From: Octopus sinensis
Lineage: Eukaryota
Length of the DNA: 64,000 nucleotides
Direction of reading: 5' to 3'
Assembly (NCBI RefSeq): GCF_006345805.1
Contig: NC_043010.1
Location: 20,956,001 to 21,020,000, forward strand
Part shown: positions 1 through 14,679 of the stretch, in pieces
Layout of the letters: every line of letters starts with the position of its first letter
Position numbering within the stretch: position 1 is the first letter of the stretch
Notes under the pieces: model-generated
What the model was told of the DNA's origin: nothing
What the model saw: only the letters and a program-made list of their open reading frames with translations
Databases searched by the model: none
Translations under genes and position numbers: made by a program

Positions 1-299
1 GTGTGTGTGTGTGTGTGTGGTGTGTGTGTGTGTAGTGTTTTGTAGCATACGGTCATAAACGGCCCGTTTCAGAGCATTACGTTAAGAGTGCAAGCGTCTG
101 CCGAATACTTATCAGTTTACCTCATAATACAAAAAGCTGATCATTCCATGGACGGAATAAAACCGACTTGGGACACATTCACTTCATTTTCCACTTATTT
201 TTGGGGTAAAACTTTAGATTCCTTTATTTTTCTTCATTTTAGGAAGACAAAAATACAGAACACGAGGAACATTCTATTGCTAATTTGATACGCTCCGTG

Positions 300-335
300 T
301 TATATATTTATAGCTATGTGTGTGTGTGTGTCTCT

Positions 336-373
<38 letters not shown>

Positions 374-920
374 TGCGTGTGTTTATATATGTAGGTATAT
401 GCTGTATATTATATATGCTATGCAATTTATCTGTCTGTCAGTCAGTCTGTCTCTCACTCTGTCTGTATACACACATACGCACACGCACACGCACACACAC
501 ACACATGAACACACACACACACGCACGCACACACACACACACACTATATGTATATATATATGCATATAGTATATATTATATATATATATACAAATGTATA
601 TACATTTTATATATACCTGGTTTTATATGTATAGATATAGTGTAAATATGTATCCACATCTGTGTGTATATATGCATATGTATGTATTTATATATGTATC
701 TACATATATATATATAAATATATATATATATGCATATATATATATCATGCATATATATACATATATACATATATTTGCCTATACTCACACTCCCACAAAC
801 GCACAAACATACACAGGTACATACATATACATACACGCACATACACCTAAACACCCACGTACACGTGTGTGCACACACACACACACTCACGTAGACACAC
901 ACACAGGGACACACACACAC
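300..920. repeat. Compound (TG)/(CA)/(TA) microsatellite field
   Basis: Directly visible. Confidence 0.9.
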
Positions 921-1344
921 GTACGCATACACATTCGCACACAAGTTGTTGTTTCCAAGCATGTCCACAAATCAAATCGGGTAGGCTCTTGACAACTCTC
1001 GCTATTCAATCACTAAAACAAAAGCCGCAACCAGTTGCTCCTATTTATCCTGGGTTTCATTGCATCTCTTCCACACAACGGTATTCTCACATTCTCAGAT
1101 GAAATTGTATATAAATAGGAAATATACGTATATTTAAGCAATACCATAGCTAGCTAGATGTGTCTACAAAAGAATACTTATATAAATCATTATGTTAAAA
1201 GGATATTGACAGGAAATTTCAAAATTTTCACATAGAAAACTTGTTGGTTAGAAAACTGCGCACAAATTGTCAATTATGCATGTCAGAAAAAGGCAGGAAA
1301 TAGAGTTTATAGATAGCGCCACGTGTCAATTTGGTCTGCAATCA

Positions 1345-1347
1345 TTA

Positions 1348-1440
<93 letters not shown>
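1345..1440. repeat. (TATC)n
   Basis: Directly visible. Confidence 0.95.
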
Positions 1441-1441
<1 letters not shown>

Positions 1442-1637
1442 ATTAGTATATATATATATAATGATTATATATAAATATATATATATATGATCATTTTATT
1501 TTATATATATACATATATATAATCAATTTTCATATATGTGCATATATAATCATTATATATATAATCATATATATATATGTATATATATGTACACACACAC
1601 ACACACACTCATATATATAATTATATATAATCATATC

Positions 1638-1670
<33 letters not shown>

Positions 1671-1680
1671 ATGTAATATA

Positions 1681-1718
<38 letters not shown>

Positions 1719-1894
1719 CGAATATATATGGTGTGAAACTCCTTTCGAATGTTTTTCCTCCTACTGGGAAATAGTTTGTATGAAAGAGAAAATCTTACCG
1801 AAACATTCACACATCACATCGTTTTTCTTTTCTACCAATCTCATTCTAGTTCTTCTCGTTTCTCTTTCCATATGTATAGCTACAACACGAGCAG

Positions 1895-2182
1895 TGAAGG
1901 TACTTGCCTAAGGGCTTTCGGTATTTGGTTCACAGCTATAAGGCCGTGAGTTCGGAACCAAACATTTTATTTCTTTATTTCCCGTTGTCGCATTGCAGTC
2001 CACACGGCTGGCAAGAATGAGTTGTACCCGTAATTGTAAGGGACTGCTTTATCACTTCGGTGTCATCCTGAATCTCCTTGAGAACTTTACTAAGGGCACT
2101 CGTGTCTGTGGAGTGCTCACGAGCAGGCTGTTCCGTTGATCGGATCAACTAGAACACGCGTCATCGTAACCGATGGAGTGCC
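1895..2182 (+). mobile_element. Degenerate SINE family C copy
   Basis: Tail CGTGTCTGTGGAGTGCTC..GAGCAGGCTGTTCCGTTGATCGGATCAAC matches the reverse complement of 32495-32610. Confidence 0.7.
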
Positions 2183-3391
2183 GGTTGCAACACAAGTGCA
2201 CGCATGTATATCAGCTGATCACTGCACACATTAGCACACAGTGCCTCGTAGCAAAGAATGCAATGGACATTTGAGTCCCATACGCTCCAGAAACAGTTAT
2301 GTTGTAAATATCACCTTGCTGTTGGTGATTGAAACTAGCTTTCAAGAGAGGCTCAATATCACCTGTTGGTGGAGAAGAGCACAACTTCCCAGTACTTCTT
2401 TAGTATTTAATTTATCGTTCCTGGGAAAAGGAAAAATATACTCAACCTCTCAAGAATCTGAACCCCAAAACACAAAGGGGTGGTTGCAGCTATATGCCAG
2501 AACATATTTTGCTTGGAGCTCTTCCGATTTTCCGAATGCATTGCCCTCAATATTAATTTCTATAAGACAACAATAATTTTACAGATTTAATCGATTAATT
2601 CAATTTGTTGTATGTTACTTGTTTATAGTTCTTCAAGCTCATGGGGTGTAAGGTAGAATTTGAACTCGAAACGAAAAGTATCATAGCTAAACACTAAAAA
2701 CATACATGGCTGGGTGGTTGGAGAATACATTGGCTCCGCTACATGGCTTGCCAGGTGAGGAGGGTGTGGTGGACACTCTGCAGGACTATAAACAAAGCTG
2801 TTCAAAGGACAGATCAGCTCATTGCGCACCAGCGGCCATCCACCTGAGCAGTGTCTCGTAAAACCTTCTACGCGTGGGTTGAAAAACCCGTTTTGCCAAA
2901 CTGTGCAGCTGGTCTAAGACCCTAGTCACGAAAACTTCAAGGGAAGGCATGTTGGCTACTTTTAGCCCGGCTGGTACGTCGTCCAACTTAGCAAGGTCTC
3001 TGCCAGACATGGGTAACTCTTACGGGCCTGGCGAAAAGTATGCTACAAGAGACAACAACCTGTCTGACATTAATGCGTTTACATTGCGTATGGCGCATAG
3101 ATTGATATTTTAATTTAATCTGCTTCAGTGACGTACATTGGACACACACACACACACACACATACACACACCAACAGAATAAATTAGAAATAATTATTGT
3201 TATTATGTGCTGGCTTGTCGGGATCGTTAGACTTTCAATGAAAACACTTTGCAGTATTTCTTCCAGTCCTACATTCTGAGTTCAAATCCTGCCGCGGTCA
3301 ACTTTGCCTTTCATGCTTTCGAGGTCGATGAAGTAAATTACTTTTGAAGTACTTTACTAAAACATCCTCGAAATTTTTGGCCTTGTGTCTA

Positions 3392-3643
<252 letters not shown>

Positions 3644-3644
3644 T

Positions 3645-3838
3645 AAGGTGGCGAGGTGGTAGAATCGTTAGCACGCCGGGAGAAATGCTTACCGGCATTT
3701 CGTCTGCCATTACGTTTAGAGTTTAAATTACGCCAAGGTCGACTTTGCCTTCCATCCTTTTGGAAACGATAAATTAAGTACCAGTTGCGTACTGGAGTCC
3801 ATCTAATCGACTGCCCCCACCTCTAAAAATTTCGAACC
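3645..3838 (+). mobile_element. SINE family A
   Basis: GGCGAG.TGG.AGAATCGTTAGCACGCC head; GAGGTCGACTTTGCCTTTCATCC core shared with many copies in the window. Confidence 0.8.
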
Positions 3839-3885
3839 TAGAAAGGATTATTATTATTATTGTTGGAATTATTGTTATTGTAATT

Positions 3886-3921
<36 letters not shown>

Positions 3922-5242
3922 GCTGTAAAGTTGTTATTATTGTTATTTAAAAACTTGCAAACAATGAAGATCTCGTCTTTTTGTCTGTCGTGAACTACAT
4001 TTCGACACCTATCCTCGTTCATTCATTATGCTTTGACTTGAGGTAGATTTGACTGCTATTTATAGCGGTTCAAGCGAACATGTAGCGTGTCCGCCGTTGG
4101 CTATTCGTATCGCTGCTATCATTGCTGTCGTTGCTATTGCTGTTTTCGTTGCAATAACTTTTTCGTTTTTAATTTTTTCTTGTTGCAAATTTACCGCAGT
4201 GATTTTTAAAATAATTACTTTACATCTTGTGATCAGACACACTAGTTTAAATTGTGTAAGCGAATTTTGTTTGAAAACTAACATGAAACTTTATTCAGTG
4301 TATATCCGAAAAGTTCTGATATTCTCAACGTCACTGTTTCCTTTTACAATTCTATGGACATGTCTGCTAACAATTTTCGCAGTAACAACATTATTCAATA
4401 AAGATATTTCTTTCCGAGCTGTCTTTTGCTATTAACGGATGTCGTTCTGTTATAAACTTCCTTAAAAGTCTTGCAATTATAACTCCAAGACATTTACCTA
4501 AAGGCTTTTATCAGCTGCAGTCATTTTTGATATACTTCACAATAAAGACTCCTTATAGAGAAATGTAATGTCTATCTGCTTTAATTTGATTAACTCCCTT
4601 TGAAAACATCACAGCTCGCTTCAAACCTTCATTCCTCTCTATTCAAACTTCACCGCTTCACTGTAGACTTGTTAAGCTTCATATAATTACTTGATTTCGT
4701 TTTCGAGAAATATGCAGCACGGATAAAACGTCGAGATGTTATTCGAAATGACGGACGCTCGAGATGTATCGAGTCGATAACTTGTTCCTCTTAGCAATAC
4801 ATCAGCTAACGTCAGCTTTTAGGCAGCCATTGCTAATTTGCTTCCTCTCCCATGAATCTATCTATACGGACGGCTATTTCATGGTCATTTCCGAATAAAC
4901 ATGATCGTAATGTGTCCTGTGTCTTAGCTTACATACTCAACACCCAAACAGACATTTCAGTAATATTTTCTCCATCACCTATGAAGGTATTATTGCGATT
5001 AGAAGCACGTTGGGTCGGCAAGGTGACATTTAGACCTATCTGGATTTAATTTATGTTTTACAACCACCTCGAGATTATTTTGTCTGTCTTTTATTAGACT
5101 TGTCGCTCGGTTCTCAAACGTGTGAAATAAGATTTCTTCTTTGTTGCTAGATAACCAAACACGTGAGCGTAAATCGAAGTCGGCGGCTAATCTGTTAGAA
5201 ATGGCAGACGATATTTTCTCGACTTGTACCTTATTGTTTTAA

Positions 5243-5244
<2 letters not shown>

Positions 5245-5323
<79 letters not shown>

Positions 5324-5600
5324 GATAGATAGTGAGAGATAGAGATAGATTGATAGACTGATAGATGCCGATATATATATATAGAGAGAGAGATAGAGAG
5401 AGAAAGAGAGAAAGAGAGATAAAGAGAGATAGACGGAAAGAGAGAGATAGAGAGAGAGAGAGAAAGGGAGAGAGAAAGATTGATAGAGAGAGAGAGAAAG
5501 AAAGAGAGAAAAAGATAGAGTTAGAGAGAAATAGGGAGCGATAAAGAGAGAGAAAGATAGAGAGAGAGGGAGAAAGAGAGGGTTAGAGAGAGATAGAGAT
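5245..5600. repeat. (AG)n and degenerate purine tract
   Basis: Directly visible. Confidence 0.9.
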
Positions 5601-5937
5601 CGTGCTTCAACGTAAGTTTATTCGATCAGATTTAACTTAAAGCTAAACAACAGCAGCAACAACAGCAACAACAGCAATAGCAACACAGATTCCACACACT
5701 TTCCGTCGACTAAATTTCCCGCCACGTCATTGGTCGCCCCAGTCATAGAGTTGAAGAAGGCACTTGCTCAAGGTGGCTGCGCAGTGGGACAGTAACCGAA
5801 ATCACGTGACTACAAATCGAGTTTCTTTTACGCCTTTGTACTTTGATTGAAGTATGCACATGCGTGTTGTATATTTGCGTTTGGAGCATTTAACCCCGAC
5901 ACACATCCACATATGCTTCTTATTAACAATGCAGAAA

Positions 5938-6345
5938 GTGGCGAGCTGGCAGAATAGTTAGCACGCCAAGCGAAATGCTTAGCGGTATTTCGTCTGCCGC
6001 TACGTTCTGAGTTCAAATTACGTCGAGGTCAACTTTGCCTTTCATCCTTTCGGCGTCAATTAAATAAGTACTAATTACGCACTGGGGTCGATAAAATCGA
6101 CTTAATCTGTTTATCTGTCCTTGTTTGTCCTCTCTGTGTTTAGCCCCTTGTGGGTAGTAAAGAAATAGATATTTCGTCTGCCACTACGTTCTGAGTTCAA
6201 ATTCCACCGAGGTCAACTTTTTCTTTCATCCCTTTGATAATGGTGGTGGTGGTAGGGGGGGTCGATAAAATAAATACCAGTTACGCACTGGGGTCAATGT
6301 AAATGATTTATCCCCTTCCCCCAAATGACTGCCATTCTGCCAAAT
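5938..6345 (+). mobile_element. SINE family A, dimeric
   Basis: Family A head plus internally duplicated core. Confidence 0.85.
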
Positions 6346-6604
6346 GGTTACACGGAGATAGGAAACGCCCACATAAGTAAAAGCGTATGATAAAAATCAC
6401 TGCTGAGTAGGGCAGTTAGATCCTCTTCCGCAAATATAATAAGAGGTAAAGAAATTTACAGAATAAAACTCACTTTAATTAACGAAGGATATCCTAACAG
6501 CAGCAGATTAAACTAGCGATGAATTTGGACAAAAACCCAATGCAACAAATACATAAGGCAACATCTTTTCCAAAAATGCACGTCTTACTCACAAAGTGTA
6601 TTCT

Positions 6605-6980
6605 TTTCTACTCTAGGTACAAGGCCTGAAATTTTGGGGGAGGGGGCCAGTCGATTAGATCGATCCCAGTACGCAACTGATATTTAATTTATCGACCCCG
6701 AAAGGATGAAAGGCAAAGTCGACCTCAGTAGAATTTGAACTCAGAACGCAAAGACAGACGAAATACCTATTTCTTTACTACCCACAAAGGGCTAAACACA
6801 GAGAGGACAAACAAGGACAGACAAACGGATTAAGTCGATTATATCGACTCCAGTGCGTAACTGGTACTTATTTAATCGACCTCGAAAGGATGAAAGGCAA
6901 AGTCGACCTCGGCGGAATTTGTACTCAGAACGTAACGGCAGAAGAAATACCGCTAAGCATTTTCGCCAGGTGTACTAACG
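6605..6980 (-). mobile_element. SINE family A, dimeric, inverted relative to 5938-6345
   Basis: Reverse complement of the same dimeric structure. Confidence 0.85.
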
Positions 6981-7184
6981 TTTCTGTCAGCTCGCCGCCT
7001 CTGTTGAAACTCTTATTTTGTAGTTGTATCATTTATCCTTGGCCATCATAGTTATTTGTAACGTCTTCCGTTTCCTGTCCATTATTAAACACTTCCCTAT
7101 TATATTTTACTCTAATATCTGCTGGACACAACCTACATTGTTATTCATCAATCCATATACATAACAAATAATATTAGTTTCCAA

Positions 7185-7385
7185 TGTTGACATTAGGCCA
7201 GCAATTCTCAGGAGGAGAGATAAGTCGATTTCACCGATTCCAATGCCAAACTGGAATATTTTTTTTACCGATCCCGAAAGTATGAAAGGTAAAGTTGATC
7301 TCGGCGTAATTCGAACACAGGACGTAAAGACGAATGGAACACTGCCGGAAAGTAATTTTCTTGGCGTGCCAACGATTCTGTCTTA
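7185..7385 (-). mobile_element. SINE family A, degenerate
   Basis: GATCCCGAAAGTATGAAAGGTAAAGTTGATCTCGGCG core. Confidence 0.65.
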
Positions 7386-7974
7386 ACTATCGTATTATAT
7401 TAAGAAGTGCTTATTGTAAAACGCTAATTTATAACCCATTAATTTATCAATCTCCATATTTTAAAACGTAATTTTAATTTAATTACTGTTGATATATGAT
7501 ACTATATCTCCACACAAACCTAGTCCCTGATATTTTCCGGCGCTGCTTGAATAACTTCCTTTCTTACACTTACCCCCTCCATCCCCTGCCATCCTTATTT
7601 CGGCAAATTAGATATTATTTACCATATTCTCTCTGATCATAATTTACATAAACTTAATTATTTATAAAATTGAACTCAATGCACTTAACACTAAACACAT
7701 CTATGAAAGGCGATAAGACGGATGTAATTGCGTAACTCTAATTGCAGAATTTATCTTCGCGTACCGAGTGCTATGTGCATAAACAATAGAGACTGTATTA
7801 AACAGAGAAAAAAACGTTCTCATAAAATTAATATCAAAATTAATAAGTTAGTTTATTTTCTTCCTCTGTAATTAGAGATATTTATTTACTTGAATATCAT
7901 CTTAACGTACTTAATGACACAAACATAAAATAACTAATTATTCTACAGATAAAACATCATCCTCATATCGTTTT

Positions 7975-8158
7975 CAAATTTTGGCACAAGGCCAGCAATT
8001 TTGTGGGCTGTGGGTAAGTCAGATACATCGACCTCGGTACTCAGTTGGTGTTTATTTTATCGACCCCGAAAGATTGAAGGTAAAGTCGACCTCGGCAGAA
8101 TTTCAACTCAGAACGTAAAGACGGACGAAATGCCGCTAAGGATTCTGCCAGCTCGCAA
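7975..8158 (-). mobile_element. SINE family A
   Basis: CGACCCCGAAAG..GAAGGTAAAGTCGACCTCGGCAGAATTT core and head. Confidence 0.8.
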
Positions 8159-9626
8159 CCTTTACATCGTCGTTATGTAAAAATTAAAACGAATAAAATA
8201 ACTAATTTTTCTTCCTTGCCATGTAAAGATTCTTATTGAGACAGAAATATATTACCTTTTTATTTAAGTCAGCTTCAGACTGAATGATGGACTCGATTAC
8301 TTTAGACCAGAAAACTTCTGAAAAAAAAAAGGAACGACAAAATAGACTAGTTCTATTGGATATCGTATGAGAAGAAATTAGACTCGTAAACTTTGTAACG
8401 ATCGAAGGACAAAAAGTAAAACAGAGAGGACAAGTATTTGATGGCCTTCCATCTGGCTCTAGAAAGCTCAGCTAAATAATGCACAACAATGTGCGGGAAA
8501 CAGCAGTGAGACGGTGCAGATCCATGATGGCCGACCACTCTTGGCTCGGTACATGAAGAAAAATTTAGGCTCATCCATATCTAGACACCAGTATTTCCTC
8601 ATATAGTGTTTTATATATAGTGGAATATTTAAATACATTTGAAATTCACTATTAACATGATCTCCAAAAATTAAAATAAAATAATCTGAAACAAAGAGCA
8701 TTATCCTTTATTTACCATTATGCTTCCGGTTATGGCAAAATAAAACTCTCTTCACTAAATCATTTAAAATAATTTGTCTCGCTCCTAATCTTTAATATTT
8801 TAGCTTAAAAGTTTCAACTCATGACTTAAACTGTTAGAAATAATAATGAAATTATTATATATGAACATATATTCCAAAATATCTCCCCTTTTCTGCGAAA
8901 TACCATTTTTAATATGGAGATATACATGTATATTTAGATAAAGACCCAATTAACGTTTTGCATTATTATTATGAGGTATTTAACACAGGCAGATGTTCAA
9001 ATAAGTTTTAGAATATCAGCTGACCTGAAGTTTCAAACCATAAGAAAAGACCAAAAGCATCATATGGTATCACTCAAATTTAATTTCAACGGAAAAATGA
9101 ATACTGTCAGACACAAATTTAATTATTTTTAATTGCCCGACGAATGACAGATATCACGTGATCTTCAGCAGACGTTCAATTAAAGTTACATATTGTTGCT
9201 AAACCATTTTGATTAAAAAACCTCTCTTGCATAAATACCACATTCCGTACGTAACTATTTTACTCCGAACAATTTTGTTTCTATTGACTATCAACAGCAT
9301 TGGTTTATCGTACTAAGATGAAGCAAGACAATACTACGACACTTAAACGTTATACAAGATCAAACCACTTCTACATTCGGCCAAACACCTCGAGAAAATA
9401 TTTCCGGCATGTTAGACGAAAATTAGGATTCTACAAGAAAGTATGGTATATGTTGTGTGGACGCCCCCAGACGATGAAGTAGGCTAGCCCAATACGTAGA
9501 TATAGAGGGGGAAGTCTAGACGTAGACTAGAGTAGAGTAGCGGTAAAACTAGAACAGAGTAAGAGAGCAGAGTTGAGAAGTAGAGGTCATCCGAACGTGC
9601 GGCATAACAATACACACACACACACA

Positions 9627-9684
<58 letters not shown>

Positions 9685-9718
9685 ATCAAAACAAGCAACA
9701 AGGATATCCAGAGGTAAT

Positions 9719-9795
9719 TCAGTACGATCGTTTTATGCAACTCCATTTAACTGAACAATTGCATCAATTTAAAATGCCGAGCAGTCCTCAGCTGC
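9719..9795 (-). ncRNA. Degenerate hammerhead motif, inverted copy of 9978-10062
   Basis: Same CTGAGGA...AAAACGATCGTA on the minus strand. Confidence 0.5.
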
Positions 9796-9977
9796 ACAAA
9801 GACATAGAATCTAATTAAATTAGAAGAGATGGACACATTAGTATAATTATACCTAAAATCTCTAAGAAGTTAAGGAGATAGACAAAGAACATGCTGTCAT
9901 CACTCTAGCATAGAAGTTAGATATAATTATACTAATGTGTCCATCTGTTCTAATTTAATTAAATTCTATGTCTTTGT

Positions 9978-10062
9978 GCAGCTGAGGATTGCTCTGCATT
10001 TTAAATTGATGTAATGATTGCATTGTTCAATTAAATGAAGTTGCATAAAACGATCGTACTGC
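9978..10062 (+). ncRNA. Degenerate hammerhead motif (G12>A)
   Basis: GCAG-CTGAGGA-(T)TGC...GCAT-AAAAC-GATC-GTA-CTGC; palindromic ACGATCGT. Confidence 0.55.
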
Positions 10063-10180
10063 TCTACCTCTGGATATCCTTGTTGCTTATTTTGATTTTA
10101 ATCACCTTATTTTGAAATTGAATGGATAATACTGTACTAAATTCTGGTGCCTCAACTTAAGTACCATATTCATCTGAATC

Positions 10181-10267
<87 letters not shown>

Positions 10268-10477
10268 ATTTGAATGCTGAAATGGTTTGATCTTGTATAA
10301 CGTTTAAGTGTCGTAGTATTGTCTTGCTTCATCTTAATACAATAAACCAATACTGTTGATAGTCTATAGGAACAAAACTGTTCAGAGTAAAGTAGTTACA
10401 TACGGAATGTGGTATTTATGCAAGAGAGCTGTAAGGAAGCCTCCATACTTTAGGATGTAAATGAATTTATGTCAAAT

Positions 10478-10568
10478 TTGCCCTGAAGAGATTTTTACCT
10501 TTTAAATTCATAATTCCATTTAATTGTGAAATATGAATGATGGTAGGAATTGAAACGTGCGTAGGTGA
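10478..10568 (+). ncRNA. Minimal type-I hammerhead ribozyme, intact core
   Basis: TTGCC-CTGAAGA(10483-10489); 10-bp stem II GATTTTTACC/GGTAGGAATT with G-U pairs; GAAA(10552-10555)-C-GTGC-GTA(10561-10563)-GGTGA. Confidence 0.75.
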
Positions 10569-10601
10569 CATGAAATTGACTCTTCACACTCTCCATTTTC
10601 C

Positions 10602-10633
<32 letters not shown>

Positions 10634-11873
10634 GGCGCGCGCGCACGCAAACCCACACACAGATACACAAGCAATATTCTATTCCAGCTTGTACCATATA
10701 AACATGCTAGCATTTATTATTCGAAATCGCTTTGTGGGTTGTATTTGAATGAAAAATTCTCGAAGACTTGCCCAGATCTGAATTATTAGTTCTTTCATAC
10801 AGACCACTAAATTTTTGCTTTCTATTTAAATCAAGCAAAACTCAGAAAGTAGGTAAAATAAAATTAATTTGCATGTACTACACTTATTCAGTACTACTTT
10901 TAATTTTTGATATTTATGTGCTAGTTGTAAAAGAGTTGTATACTGAAGCTTAACAGTTTTAAATTTAGGTTCACGCGAAAACTCATTATTCATATGATTA
11001 CAACACCGACCAATGCGCTATATTTAAATTCGCTTAACCATTTCAATTACTCTGGTTAGTGTTTGATATAAATAGCCACTGTTAAACGTTCCCTTCGTGG
11101 GTAAGAAAACCAGGAAGTAGTTAACAACTGACCAATGGCCAACAAGCCATGAAGTATGCCAGGCTAGCACCCTTAATTTTTTTGTCTTCAAAGAGAATGC
11201 TAAAATTTATTTATATCTGTTAAGGTCTTATAGAAAATAGTCAATCTCTATTAAATCTATCTAATATTTTGTAATACACGCTATTTACACGCGCGCGCAC
11301 CCGTTTTGTTGTTTTTTGAACAATTTTAAACCACACTCACACACATACACGCACTCATATTTATAGGCATGCATATCTATATAAGAAAATGGTCGGCCTA
11401 TACACTTCACATATACCAAGAATTTCATACACGAAGTACATACATCAAACAGAAAATGTTGCAAATATTTTGCTGTTTCCCATTGGTTAACAGTGCGTAC
11501 GTGAATGTATTTGCTCCAGAAATTCGGACAACTCATTTGCTTGTGTGGTTTGGCAGAGCCAAGGGAAGTAATTCAATTTATCTTGTTTCACTCACGCAAC
11601 TCACTGAAACCAGGTAAAGCCGAATTCTCCAGGAAGCCGAACATTTTTAAAAGAAACTCTACAAGTATTGAATGTTTGCGTCGCCATCCACTAATTAAAA
11701 AAAAGAATTATATGTATATGAACACACACACACACACTCACACACACACACACACACATACACACATGCACACACACACACACACAAGCACAGACACATT
11801 CAAACATGTATATGTACATATACTTGTATATATATATATATGTGTGTGTATATGTATATAATACACACACACA

Positions 11874-11919
<46 letters not shown>

Positions 11920-12946
11920 TATATATATACATAGGTAAATATATACATACTATATGTATATATATATAAAATGTATATATTCGAATATATATATATGTGT
12001 ATATATATATATATGTATGTGTTTGTATGTAATATGTGTATGCGTGCGTGTGTATATGTTTCTATATGCGTGCATGCGTGTGTACACACGCACGCACACA
12101 CAAAGTATATTTATTAAAATACGGAAAAAAAAGTATTTTCATGCCTGCACTGCCAACAATGCAATCATTATTATTGTTGTCAGGACGACAGATTTTCTTA
12201 CAATAAACAAAATATGGAGGAAAGAACTGTACATTTCCTCCTCCCAGAGAGACATCTTTTCTGCCTTTCATGATACAATCATTTTTTTAAAAAACTGTAA
12301 TTATTACATTAAACTCTCACAGCGTGCAAGAGATTACAACATGCGAAATTCCATCATCCTTTTAGTTACGTGAAGACACTGCTGCGTTTCTTAGTTGAAG
12401 AGAATTATTTCTGGAAGCAACTGTCCAAATTTGAATAATTGAGCATAAATATTTATGCGAAAAAAAAAAAAAAAAAAGGTTTATAAGAAAAAATAAGGAA
12501 GAAAACAAAACCTGAAAATCTTCCAGCGTTGATTAAAATATGGAAGCCTGGCATACGTTATATCTTCATTTTGTCCGGTGCCAATTTTTATCAATTCTTA
12601 CCACTACGAGAATCAATTCTTAGGAATACAAGAATTTACCATCCATTGCTTATAATTTCTGTCTTAGAGTTTGGATGGATGTGTAATCAGAATTTTACCG
12701 AGTGAGGCTCCCATTCACCCGCAGGACATCAATTATAAAGATGGAGAGTATAATAGGGATGCGATGGCGGGTGGTGGTCGTCGTTGGGAAATTTGTGCTT
12801 GATGCAATTGTAAAAAAGAAAGATGGACATAAAAAGCAACAAACGTCTATTGGTAAAAAAAAAATCTTAGATGAGTAATCTACATAAATACATACATATA
12901 TAAACACACACACACACACATATATACATTCATATATATATATATG

Positions 12947-13008
<62 letters not shown>

Positions 13009-13041
13009 ATATATGTAAATATATATACATATATATGTGTG

Positions 13042-13076
<35 letters not shown>

Positions 13077-13294
13077 CATATGTACCTTTTGACATCTTAT
13101 ATGAAATGTATATGCCCATATAAATATACGCATGTATGTATAAACGTGTACATATACAAACATAGAAATATGTATACATATTCGTATATACATATACATA
13201 CACATACATACATATAAATATATATATATATATATACATAGTATATAATATACATATATATGTACACACACACCCACACACACACACATATATA

Positions 13295-13341
<47 letters not shown>

Positions 13342-14047
13342 ATAATATAGGGAGAGGGAGAGAGAGAAATAGGGAGGAAGGAATAAAATAAAATAGTCCA
13401 CAATTCAAAAATCGCAGTAATGTATGTTAATTTATTCATACAATAATTTACAGATAGAGAAGGCTATTTCGATCATGTTGAAATCTGTATGAAGGTCGGA
13501 GAAATGGGGACAAAGAAGAATTGAATGCATGAAAGGAAAGAGGCGAAGCTGAATTTAGTCTTTCACTTAAAAATTATGAGCGTTTAAATAAGTAATTATA
13601 TATATATATTCTATATATATATATATATATATATAATATATTATATATATTATATATATATATGTATATGTATATATAATTTGAAGACTTTACCGCTGAT
13701 ATTGCAGTTAATATGGTCGAAATTTGGAAAATGTAATAAAAAGATTAATAAAAAGTCGCCTAATATGGGAGTAAATGTACGCAGAGAAGGAACCAATAGA
13801 AACATATTGGACGGAATAAATACCTAATTTCGAAGCTGGTCAGAGAAGTAAAGGTTAATATAAATTCGATTGATTGATCGGGAAGGAGAAAAATTAAGAG
13901 CAAAGCATTATGCTTAGGTACTGAAATATGAGAAGTTTAAGCGAAAATATAGAAGTGTGAGAATGAATAACACTAAATGGTTCGAGAAAAGATTGTGCGA
14001 AAATCTTTATTAAATATAAAAATTGAAGAAAAAATGAAAAAACCTCT

Positions 14048-14370
14048 GTCCCACTGCGTGGAACCTGGGCAGGTATCTTCTACTATAGTCTTGGGCCGAC
14101 CAAAGCCTTGCGTGTGGATTTTGGTAAACGGAAACTGAAAGAAGCCCGACGTGTATATATATACATATATGTGGGTGTGTGTCACCGCTTGACAACTGGT
14201 TTTGGTGTGCTTACGCCGCTGTTACCTAGCGGTTCGGCAAAAAAGGTCCGATAAAATTTGTACTAGGCTTAAAAAATCCTGGAGTCGATTTGTTCGACTA
14301 AAACCTTTAAAAACGGTGCTCCAGCAAAGCCGCAGTTAAATGAGTGGAACAAAAGAATAAACAAAAATAA
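14048..14370 (+). mobile_element. SINE family B
   Basis: CCCACTGCGTGG..CCTGGGCA.GT.TCTTCTACTATAG core, internal (TA)/(TG) tract, shared tail. Confidence 0.8.
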
Positions 14371-14537
14371 CTATTTTAAAGATCTAATAAAGCTAAGCTG
14401 GTTCAGGAGATTATTGATATGATCATCTGAGACAAAACATATCAGGGAAAGAAGATGGCGTGGCTGATGCATAAAGAACAAACTTATGGACCCAAAATAT
14501 ACAACTAAATAACAAAATAAATAGAGTAAAAGGGAAG

Positions 14538-14639
14538 TCCCAGTGCGTGGCACCTTGGGCAAGTGTCTTCAACTATAGCCTCCGGCCGACCTTGGCCTTG
14601 TGAGTGGATTTGGTAGACGGAAACTGAAAGAAGCCCGTC

Positions 14640-14679
<40 letters not shown>

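Larger units (their letters stand above)
9222..10428. repeat. Fold-back inverted repeat (arms 9222-9378 and 9684-9851 vs 10428-9922), probable Penelope-type inverted pLTR pair
   Basis: Arms are reverse complements at roughly 85-90% by eye; 70-bp spacer; each arm carries a hammerhead-like motif. Confidence 0.8.

Noticed and set aside
55-120. Minus-strand CTGATAA...GAAACGGGCCGTT
   Set aside because: G8 mutated and stem I absent; at best a very old remnant.
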